From a virus: 64,000 nt of DNA. A model generated the notes under the pieces. That model was not told the DNA's origin. It did not search any database and worked only from the letters and a program-made list of their open reading frames with translations. The position numbers and the translations under genes are program-made. Positions 8,289 to 14,863 of the stretch are shown here, piece after piece (position 1 is the first letter of the stretch; every line of letters starts with the position of its first letter). The stretch is from IMG/VR virus record IMGVR_UViG_3300029922_000039; one strand, written 5' to 3'.

Positions 8289-8374
8289 CAGCGGGCGGGG
8301 GTGACTCCGCCAAAGCCTCTAGTCTGTGACGGGGGTTTTGGCGGCGCCATTCGGGCCGGAAAGGACAGGAAAGC

Positions 8375-8650
8375 ATGAGACACGGTTACAAGATTCGCAC
8401 GTATCAGAGAGGCCAGCGCGGCGCCTTCGCCTGCGTCTTTTACGGCAACCTGGGAGAAGTTTACCGCACGCCCACACTACAAGGCGATGTGTCCGAGGGC
8501 TACAAGGACGGGTCCGACCGGCGCGCGGCCGCCTTCGCCGCCCGAGAGTGGATCCGGGAGCAGCGCGAGGCCGGCAAAACTCCACGAGACGCCAAGCAGG
8601 AACTAGGCTATAGTGGTTACGGATTCCCAACCACAGCGGGAGCGTTCTAA
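8375..8650 (+). CDS. hypothetical protein
   Basis: 91-aa ORF preceded by GGAAAGGACAGGAAAGC. Confidence 0.5.
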   Translation: MRHGYKIRTYQRGQRGAFACVFYGNLGEVYRTPTLQGDVSEGYKDGSDRRAAAFAAREWIREQREAGKTPRDAKQELGYSGYGFPTTAGAF

Positions 8651-8651
8651 A

Positions 8652-8789
8652 ATGAAAACTCTTTTGCACCTGGCCGGGCTGGCCGCTCGCCTTTACTTCT
8701 GCGCCGCTATCGTTACTTGCGCGGTTGTGCTTTTTCCTCTCGTCGTAGTCGCCGGAATCTTTACGAGGTTTAGCAGGGGGCGAGCGTGA
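8652..8789 (+). CDS. small membrane protein (45 aa)
   Basis: MKTLLHLAGLAARLYFCAAIVTCAVVLFPLVVVAGIF... Starts 2 nt after the previous stop. Below the track cut-off. Confidence 0.35.
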   Translation: MKTLLHLAGLAARLYFCAAIVTCAVVLFPLVVVAGIFTRFSRGRA

Positions 8790-8983
8790 CACATCAAGAG
8801 GCAGCTTGGCAGCATCGCCCAGATATCGAGCAAGTAGAGTTCGAACGCGCTCACCCTTACCCGTTCGCCATCGTCACAGGCAAGGCGAGCGCCACCAGTG
8901 ACACACCAGACGCACGCGCCGACCGTTCCCGCCTCATCTGGTTCGCCTTTGCCGTTGCCCTCTCTATGCTGGTCCTGTTCTAG
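8786..8983 (+). CDS. hypothetical protein with a C-terminal hydrophobic segment
   Basis: GTG start in a GTGA overlap with the previous ORF. Confidence 0.4.
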   Translation: MTHQEAAWQHRPDIEQVEFERAHPYPFAIVTGKASATSDTPDARADRSRLIWFAFAVALSMLVLF

Positions 8984-8999
8984 TCTCATATGAGACTGG
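8981..8999 (+). repeat. copy 1 of the GTCTC-N4-GAGACTGG hairpin motif
   Basis: TAGTCTC ATAT GAGACTGG followed by GATTTTGTT. Intergenic, so probably also a terminator. Confidence 0.6.
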
Positions 9000-9029
9000 G
9001 ATTTTGTTCTCTGATTTTCAATTTAACGG

Positions 9030-9058
9030 TTGACAATTCGCCTCCAATTTTGTATATA
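9030..9058 (+). promoter_or_regulatory. sigma70-like promoter
   Basis: TTGACA, 17-nt spacer, TATATA. The leader contains GCAAGGCAAGGAAAGG. Confidence 0.65.
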
Positions 9059-9092
9059 TGGAGATGCAAGGCAAGGAAAGGGACGAACCACC

Positions 9093-11129
9093 ATGCAAAA
9101 ATGGGAAAACACCAGCGCGGGAAAGATCCAGTGCAAGCGGTTTAACGAAGCGTGGAACGCGCTTAACTGGGAGCACAATACCTTTGTTGAACTAACCGGC
9201 GTTGCCGGTCAGTCTGAGCGTTCCTCCGTGCTGTCAGTTCTGTGCGGCAGTAACGCAAAGCGCGCGGACGTTACAGCGGCACAAGAGGCCATCGGCGCGC
9301 GTTTCGGGTGGACGGTCACCGCGAAGAATGTAAACGAGATTATCGAAGCCGTAAAGGCTGAGACGATCATTTTGCAACAGAATCGCCCCGTACATGACGA
9401 GCGCACCACCCCAGACGCCGAAGCAGTACGCAGGGCCGAACAACAGCGCAGGCAAGAAGAAGGAAAGCTCAAGGCTGCGCAGGCTTCGGCCGCTTTTGTG
9501 GCCCACTACGGCAGCGGCGAGAAAATCACCGTACAGCCTGGACAGATGGCCGTTGTTGCGCGAGTTTGCTTCGACAATTCCGACACGATGAGCGATTATT
9601 TCGACCGGCACGCGAGTCTGTCTCAATCGTTCGCGTTGCTGGTTGTCCCGAAGCAGGCAGAAACCGAACGCCTGGCGCGCCGTGGCGCTGAATTGCTGGC
9701 AGATGTGGAATTTGGATGGCACACTGAAAAATACAGCATGGGCCATGGAAACTACCTGGAGGCCACGGAAGGCTTCGAACTTCCGGCCGACCTTCAGGGG
9801 ATCCGCGCGAACGCACAGCGCGCACACTGGGAAATCACTTTCGAGCACCCCTACCATGACGCAAAGACGCTGGACACGTTTAAGGGTTACGGACAGGACC
9901 AGACGCCACCAGACACGCGCAAGACGGTACAGGTCGAAGGCGTGACCGTCACCGAGAACGACGAGAAGAACGGCATAGAAATTCGTTTCTCCTCGAAGCC
10001 TTCTGCCGAGGTTCTGGACTCCCTGAAGGCGAACGGCTGGCGCTGGTCGCGGTTCTCGTCGTGCTGGTACGCCAAGCGCAGCGAATCGGCGCGGCAGTTT
10101 ACACAGTCCCTCGGCGGGGCCAGCACGGAAGGCGGGCAGGAGGCGGGAGAGAAACCCGCCGCGCCTGTCTTTTCTCCGGCGGCTTCCATTGCTGCCAAGT
10201 TTCGCACCCTGGCCGACGCTCTACAGCCGAAGATTGACCACGCAGGCCGGGAGATGACCCAGAATCCCACACCCAAGCGCAATAAGGAATATCAGAGCCG
10301 TCTGCACGATTGCCGGAACATGGAGCGGACACAGAAAGCCCTGCGAGTGCTGGCCGATGCCCACGAATCCGGGAAGATTCCCGCAGAACTGGCAGGATTG
10401 AAGACGCGGGACCAGATCGGCGCAATGGTTCGTAAATCCATCGACGGCAGCAAGGGAGGATTTTATTCTTGCATCGAGTCCGACGACTACGCCGAGAAGA
10501 CGCCAGCGGCGCGGGTGCTGCAAGGAATGATTGAAGGCGACCCAGAACAGAGGGCAGAGCGCGAACGCCTGCGGAAGATTGCCACACTGGAAGCAGAAAT
10601 CAAACTATCCGATTTTCCCGGATACTTCCCCACGCCTGCCGCCGTTGTCGCTGTCATGCTTGACCGGGCGCGGCTAGAGGACGGCTTGACGGTACTGGAG
10701 CCCGAAGCCGGCAGCGGGCACATTGCCGACGGCGTGAGAGCGGCGGTCCCAGGCGTCATCTTGGAAGTAATCGAGCCTGTTTTTAAGTTGCGTGAACTCC
10801 TGGAGCTGAAGGGATACAAGTTGGTAGGACAAGACTTCATGCAGCTTTCACGCTCCGAGTTGGGCCAGTATGACCGCATCGTCATGAACCCGCCGTTTGA
10901 GCGGCAGCAAGACCTAGACCACATCCGCCACGCATACAGCCTACTAGCCCCGCGCGGCATTCTCGTTTCTGTCTTGAGCCCTAGCTTCGAATTCCGCTCA
11001 GACCGCAAGAGCGCCGACTTTCGCGCATGGCTTGAAGAGGTAAACGCCACACGGGAAAAACTTCCCGATGGATCTTTCAAGGCCAGCGGGACTGGCGTAA
11101 GCACGCGCCTCGTCGTCATCAACAAATAG
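9093..11129 (+). CDS. N6-adenine-type DNA methyltransferase with a long N-terminal extension (DUF3560-like segment)
   Basis: C-terminal VLEPEAGSGHIA (SAM motif I) and MNPPF (motif IV). Central GIEIRFSSKPSAEVLDSLKANGWRWSRFSSCWYA, a motif common in plasmid and phage polyproteins. ATG at 9093; the track start at 9030 is the promoter TTG. Confidence 0.75.
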   Translation: MQKWENTSAGKIQCKRFNEAWNALNWEHNTFVELTGVAGQSERSSVLSVLCGSNAKRADVTAAQEAIGARFGWTVTAKNVNEIIEAVKAETIILQQNRPVHDERTTPDAEAVRRAEQQRRQEEGKLKAAQASAAFVAHYGSGEKITVQPGQMAVVARVCFDNSDTMSDYFDRHASLSQSFALLVVPKQAETERLARRGAELLADVEFGWHTEKYSMGHGNYLEATEGFELPADLQGIRANAQRAHWEITFEHPYHDAKTLDTFKGYGQDQTPPDTRKTVQVEGVTVTENDEKNGIEIRFSSKPSAEVLDSLKANGWRWSRFSSCWYAKRSESARQFTQSLGGASTEGGQEAGEKPAAPVFSPAASIAAKFRTLADALQPKIDHAGREMTQNPTPKRNKEYQSRLHDCRNMERTQKALRVLADAHESGKIPAELAGLKTRDQIGAMVRKSIDGSKGGFYSCIESDDYAEKTPAARVLQGMIEGDPEQRAERERLRKIATLEAEIKLSDFPGYFPTPAAVVAVMLDRARLEDGLTVLEPEAGSGHIADGVRAAVPGVILEVIEPVFKLRELLELKGYKLVGQDFMQLSRSELGQYDRIVMNPPFERQQDLDHIRHAYSLLAPRGILVSVLSPSFEFRSDRKSADFRAWLEEVNATREKLPDGSFKASGTGVSTRLVVINK

Positions 11130-11181
11130 CTTCCCGAGGCCGGCGGAATCCGGCCGAACCACCAGAAAGGAACGGCAAGGG

Positions 11182-11460
11182 ATGACCATCACCAAGCGAA
11201 AAGGCAAGGCCCTGGAACTGGTTGAGACGCGCCGCGGTTGCGCGTGCTGCGAGACCACACCGCGCTATGACGTGATTTTCTACGATGTGCGGATACCGGG
11301 CGACCGGGGACAGCTCTGGTTTAATATGCGCGGCTACGTTGGGGAACTGCCGACACCTGAAGGCGGTTCGGTCTCGATAGGCGAAAAGTCAATCAGCGCG
11401 TGGCAGAAAGAGGCCGCCAGGCTCAACCGGGAATTCGCCGCCTCTGACCGGGCCAACTGA
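11182..11460 (+). CDS. hypothetical protein
   Basis: 92-aa ORF preceded by GAAAGGAACGGCAAGGG. Confidence 0.5.
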   Translation: MTITKRKGKALELVETRRGCACCETTPRYDVIFYDVRIPGDRGQLWFNMRGYVGELPTPEGGSVSIGEKSISAWQKEAARLNREFAASDRAN

Positions 11461-11518
11461 TCAGAATTCACACCACCAGCCGCAGGCTAGAGCGGAAATC
11501 TAGCCGAAGGGAAAAACC

Positions 11519-11863
11519 GTGAACATCGAAGAATTGACCATTGGCGAAGCCAAGCAACTCGCGGCCATGTTTGGCAGCGTGGCGACCGCCCCAGCATCGC
11601 CCGTAGTCGATCACGGCATTCAGATAGTGATTGCTGATCGTGGTTTCGTCTACGTTGGCCGCGTCAAGACCGACTCGGAATGGGTCTATGTGCGCGATGC
11701 CCTAAACCTGCGCGTATGGGGAACAACCAAGGGCCTAGGCGAACTCGTAAAAGGTCCGCTTGCCAGCACCAAGACAGACGCAACAGGGAACATCAAGATC
11801 AGCCGCAAGGCCCTCATCGCGCTGGTGGAGGTTGAGGGGGAAGCATGGAATTCAAAACTTTAA
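11519..11863 (+). CDS. hypothetical protein
   Basis: GTG start preceded by GAAGGGAAAAACC. 114 aa. Confidence 0.5.
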   Translation: MNIEELTIGEAKQLAAMFGSVATAPASPVVDHGIQIVIADRGFVYVGRVKTDSEWVYVRDALNLRVWGTTKGLGELVKGPLASTKTDATGNIKISRKALIALVEVEGEAWNSKL

Positions 11864-12081
11864 CCCTTGACGGCTCCGGCTACGGCGACGGCGACGGCGG
11901 CGACGGCTCCGGCGACGGCTCCGGCTACGGCTACGGCTACGGCTACGGCTACGGCCCCGGCTACGGCTCCGGCGACGGCTCCGGCTACGGCGACGGCGGC
12001 GACGGCTCCGGCGACGGCTCCGGCTACGGCGACGGCGACGGCGGCGACGGCTCCGGCGACGGCTCCGGCTACGGCTTATAG
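11845..12081 (+). CDS. highly acidic Gly/Tyr/Asp/Ser repeat protein (78 aa)
   Basis: ATG preceded by GAGGGGGAAGC and overlapping the previous gene end. Built almost only from GGC/GAC/TAC/TCC codons. Confidence 0.5.
   Translation: MEFKTLTLDGSGYGDGDGGDGSGDGSGYGYGYGYGYGPGYGSGDGSGYGDGGDGSGDGSGYGDGDGGDGSGDGSGYGL
11871..12075 (+). repeat. in-frame tandem repeat (GGCTCCGGCTACGGCGACGGC... units)
   Basis: Repeated GDGSGYG-type units are visible at the DNA level. Confidence 0.8.
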
Positions 12082-12375
12082 AAGAGGCAACCATGACGCA
12101 ACACGCACGAGCCCCGCCCAGCCACCGCGAGGGCGGATAAACCCAACCAAAATAGGCGGTAGCCGAAAGGCAGAAGTAGCACCCCTGGACCGGGCACGAG
12201 TACACGAGAACGAGAACCAAACCGGGACACATCCCACGGGAGGAGTTATGGAACGGGAGCGGGAAAGCCGCTCAGGGCAGGCCGGAAACCTGCCACAAGG
12301 CCGCAAGGGTAAGCCCTCAGCTTGATAAGCATGGCGCGACCGAGGAATTTACAAATTACCCAAGGAGAGAAACCA

Positions 12376-12624
12376 ATGAGCCTACAAGCCGCCATCGAAC
12401 GCAACCGGGAACGCTGGGCAGCCAAACGGGCTGGGGAAGCCCCACAGCCAACGCAGGCCGGGTTAAACGCCTATCAGATCCGCGTGGCCGATATCCCAAC
12501 CACATACGAGGTCGCAATTGGTCTCCGTAAGCCGGTGCTGGTCGGCCAGGTTCTGCCGGCGAAGACCATCACCATTTTCGGCACGTCGAAGGAAGACGCA
12601 AAGAGACGGCACGGGATTTGCTAG
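12376..12624 (+). CDS. hypothetical protein
   Basis: ATG at 12376 preceded by AAGGAGAG. Confidence 0.5.
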   Translation: MSLQAAIERNRERWAAKRAGEAPQPTQAGLNAYQIRVADIPTTYEVAIGLRKPVLVGQVLPAKTITIFGTSKEDAKRRHGIC

Positions 12625-12681
12625 CCCGGATGTTTTACCTCATCCGTTACGCGCTCCGGCGCCGCCTCGAAAGGAGATTTC

Positions 12682-12909
12682 ATGCGCAAACGAAGCTATA
12701 GCGTTGACCCGCATTACGTAACGGTCAAGTATGCTTGCAAATGCGGCGTGTGCCTCCGGCCTATTGCAGTCGGCGAAACGGCCTGGTACTGGCCCGCTAG
12801 TCGATCTATGGATTGTTCGGGAGAGACGTGCGGCGCACAGTCGGCGCGAGAGTTTAGGGCAGCGCGGCAGGATGAAGATTTTATGTCTGCGCAGTTCTTG
12901 AGGTACTAA
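12682..12909 (+). CDS. small Cys-rich protein
   Basis: CKCGVC...C..ETC. SD AAAGGAG. Confidence 0.5.
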   Translation: MRKRSYSVDPHYVTVKYACKCGVCLRPIAVGETAWYWPASRSMDCSGETCGAQSAREFRAARQDEDFMSAQFLRY

Positions 12910-12930
12910 AATGATTTCAACCGGCGGCAC

Positions 12931-12956
12931 CGTCGTTGAATAGGCACTACGGTGCC
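12931..12956 (+). promoter_or_regulatory. copy 2 of the conserved 26-nt upstream element (CGTCGTTGAATAGGCACTACGGTGCC)
   Basis: 19 nt upstream of the ASCH-A ATG. Confidence 0.5.
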
Positions 12957-12975
12957 AAGAGAAAGAAGGATCTTG

Positions 12976-13380
12976 ATGAAAGCTTTGAGCGTAAGAGCGC
13001 CGTGGTGGTGGGCAATACTCCACGGGAAACCTATTGAAAACCGAGATTGGTACACCAACTTCCGTGGACCTGTACTCCTCCATGCAAGCAAGTTCTGGAA
13101 GGATGTAGATGTTCTTGGCGACTGGAACGATGTCCTGGACAGGGCCGAAGACGATGGGCTTGATTTCCCTAGCGATTGGCCGAAAGAAGAGATGCAAGAG
13201 AAGTCTGGATGCATCGTTGGCAAGGTCACAATTGTGGACTGTGTGCGCAGCCATCCGAGCTCGTTCTTTGTCGGCGAGTGGGGCTTTGTCTTGCGCGATC
13301 CAGTGATATTCGAGAATCCTATCCCATTCAAGGGTGCTCTCGGTTTCTTCAATGTTCCTGATGAGCTTTTAGGTAGGTAA
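12976..13380 (+). CDS. ASCH (PUA-like) domain protein, copy A
   Basis: ALSVRAPWWWAILHGKPIENRDW...LLHASK pattern. ATG at 12976 preceded by AGAAGGA. Confidence 0.65.
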   Translation: MKALSVRAPWWWAILHGKPIENRDWYTNFRGPVLLHASKFWKDVDVLGDWNDVLDRAEDDGLDFPSDWPKEEMQEKSGCIVGKVTIVDCVRSHPSSFFVGEWGFVLRDPVIFENPIPFKGALGFFNVPDELLGR

Positions 13381-13405
13381 CGTCGCGATTCACCGCTACG
13401 GTACC
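13376..13405 (+). terminator. hairpin GGTAACGTCGCG...CGCTACGGTACC
   Basis: Imperfect inverted repeat starting in the stop codon. Homologous to the hairpins at 177 and 31000. Confidence 0.45.
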
Positions 13406-13433
13406 AACACCGAACCACCAGAAAGGGAACACC

Positions 13434-13535
13434 GTGAAGTTGCTTTTGGCTCTATCCGCCCCTGAACTGATCTTTCTCGCCGCCGTCGTTGTCGTCTACA
13501 CCTACAACCTGTTTTTTGGTACGAGGGTACTATGA
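13434..13535 (+). CDS. small membrane protein (33 aa)
   Basis: GTG preceded by GAAAGGGAA. ATGA overlap with the next gene. Confidence 0.35.
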   Translation: MKLLLALSAPELIFLAAVVVVYTYNLFFGTRVL

Positions 13536-13732
13536 CCACACCGAATGCATCATGGCGCCGCCGACCGGGAGACGCCGAAGAGAATCAGGAGCCGGTCACC
13601 ATCCACCAGGAGGAACCGCGCCCCAATCGCTGGGTGTTCATCGCAGGCAATTGCCTTTTGATCGTTGTGATTGTCGTGGGCGTTCTCTGTTGCCTCTACG
13701 AAGCCGGATGCTTCGATAAGGCGGTGCGCTGA
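13532..13732 (+). CDS. small membrane protein
   Basis: Hydrophobic FIAGNCLLIVVIVVGVLCCL segment. Confidence 0.5.
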   Translation: MTTPNASWRRRPGDAEENQEPVTIHQEEPRPNRWVFIAGNCLLIVVIVVGVLCCLYEAGCFDKAVR

Positions 13733-13983
13733 TGGAACACGTTCGAGAAATTGCCAAGAGGGTGGTAGCAGAGATGGAATCCAACCCGCTCCAGCTCCAC
13801 ACGGCTATCAGGGTCAGCATGATCGATTACCGATTGGCCCTGCAAGGCCGCGGCGCGATCGGTGACGCCTATGTGTCGCGCGCCTGGGCCGTTAAGCTCG
13901 GAGCCAGTGACGAACAGATGGAAGAGAAATTCTACAAGCTCCGGCAGTTGTGGGCCGCTGGCAAACTCGGCGGGAATACCTAG
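13732..13983 (+). CDS. hypothetical protein
   Basis: 83-aa ORF. Its start overlaps the previous stop. Confidence 0.5.
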   Translation: MEHVREIAKRVVAEMESNPLQLHTAIRVSMIDYRLALQGRGAIGDAYVSRAWAVKLGASDEQMEEKFYKLRQLWAAGKLGGNT

Positions 13984-14004
13984 TCTCAATTGGGATTAGA
14001 TTTC

Positions 14005-14024
14005 TGCAAGCGTTGAGGTATAAT
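14005..14024 (+). promoter_or_regulatory. TATAAT -10 box (14019-14024) with a TGCAAGCGTT operator-like motif in the spacer
   Basis: Perfect TATAAT with a weak -35 (TTAGAT). The motif is shared with other promoters in the window. Confidence 0.5.
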
Positions 14025-14046
14025 CTGCACTGAAAGGTAAGGCAAG

Positions 14047-14169
14047 ATGCTCAAGACCCATTTCCCGAAGTTCCGCAACGACTATACGCGCAGTGACCGA
14101 CGCCGATCACAGGCCCGTGTCCGCAGAGCGCAGCGCAGGGCTAAGGCCCGCTGCTCGGAGAGAGGCTAA
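14047..14169 (+). CDS. small very basic protein (40 aa)
   Basis: ATG preceded by AAAGGTAAGGCAAG. Arg-rich. Below the track cut-off. Confidence 0.35.
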   Translation: MLKTHFPKFRNDYTRSDRRRSQARVRRAQRRAKARCSERG

Positions 14170-14171
14170 CC

Positions 14172-14765
14172 ATGGCCGGGAAAATCACCTACAACTGTGC
14201 TGTTTGTGAGATCGAGAAAAAGGCCGTCAATGGCTGGTATCTGGTCTGGGTTCTGGCGGCTTCTGGAGTCGCCGAATACAGTCTTCGCGGATGGAACGAC
14301 GAGATTGCGCGAGAAGACGAAGATGTTCTTCCGGTGTGCGGCCGAGCGCACGCGCACGTTCTTCTAGATACCTTTTTTTCTCATAAAGAACCGCTTTCCT
14401 CCTCCGCGCCTTCCGCTTCCGAATGTCCGCCTGAGTCAGTTCCGCCAACTTCTGCATGTTCATCATCGGCATTATTCCCTGCCGCTGGCGCTCATCCTCA
14501 ACCTCTTGATACCACTGCCGATGTTGCTCTCTGTTTAGAATGTGATCTGGATTCAGCTTGTATGTCGGAAGCATCTTCATCACCGGCCCATAGTCTACGT
14601 CTGTCAGCCTTTCTTTCACGACCGGACCCTCCACCAGCAGTCCAGCTTCCAGAATCTGGTCAAGCCACTCCAGATTCATCCTCGGATTACCCGCGACCCT
14701 ATCAATCCGATGCCGCGGCAGGGAGCGAAAGTGGGTCAGATCAAAATGCAGCATCAGCCCCATAA
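14172..14765 (+). CDS. hypothetical protein; only the first ~75 aa look protein-like
   Basis: MAGKITYNCAVCEIEKK...VCGRAHAH, then a Ser/Pro/Ala-rich tail that is antisense to the 14227-14835 gene. Confidence 0.35.
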   Translation: MAGKITYNCAVCEIEKKAVNGWYLVWVLAASGVAEYSLRGWNDEIAREDEDVLPVCGRAHAHVLLDTFFSHKEPLSSSAPSASECPPESVPPTSACSSSALFPAAGAHPQPLDTTADVALCLECDLDSACMSEASSSPAHSLRLSAFLSRPDPPPAVQLPESGQATPDSSSDYPRPYQSDAAAGSESGSDQNAASAP

Positions 14766-14835
14766 ACAGGCGTAGGGCTCCAGGCGATAGCCGGTCTTTG
14801 TCCGAGAGGACGCGGAATGCGTTCAGGTTGAGCAC
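14227..14835 (-). CDS. winged-helix-like DNA-binding protein, lone minus-strand gene in the plus-strand block (candidate regulator)
   Basis: LSPGALRLFMGLMLHFDL...NLEWLDQILEAGLLVE wHTH-like pattern followed by a basic coiled C-terminus. GTG start; ATG at 14763 is an alternative. Confidence 0.5.
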   Translation of the reverse strand: MLNLNAFRVLSDKDRLSPGALRLFMGLMLHFDLTHFRSLPRHRIDRVAGNPRMNLEWLDQILEAGLLVEGPVVKERLTDVDYGPVMKMLPTYKLNPDHILNREQHRQWYQEVEDERQRQGIMPMMNMQKLAELTQADIRKRKARRRKAVLYEKKRYLEERARALGRTPEEHLRLLAQSRRSIREDCIRRLQKPPEPRPDTSH

Positions 14836-14863
14836 GACTCAATTGTAGATCAGGAAGGGAAGC

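Noticed and set aside
9209-11258. Multiple minus- and plus-strand ORFs inside the methyltransferase gene (for example 9234-9857 and 10487-11125).
   Set aside because: They are alternative frames of a gene with clear SAM/NPPF motifs. They have no SD and show biased composition.
11871-12075. Tandem repeats that could suggest a CRISPR array or a VNTR-type non-coding satellite.
   Set aside because: The units are trinucleotide-phased, there are no spacers, and they sit in an SD-led ORF. The region is therefore treated as a coding repeat.
12640-13418. Minus ORFs of 204 and 170 aa opposite the Cys-rich and ASCH-A genes. The analogous plus ORFs at 31073-31824 lie opposite ASCH-B.
   Set aside because: They are antisense artefacts. 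The ASCH frame carries the recognisable domain pattern and the SD.
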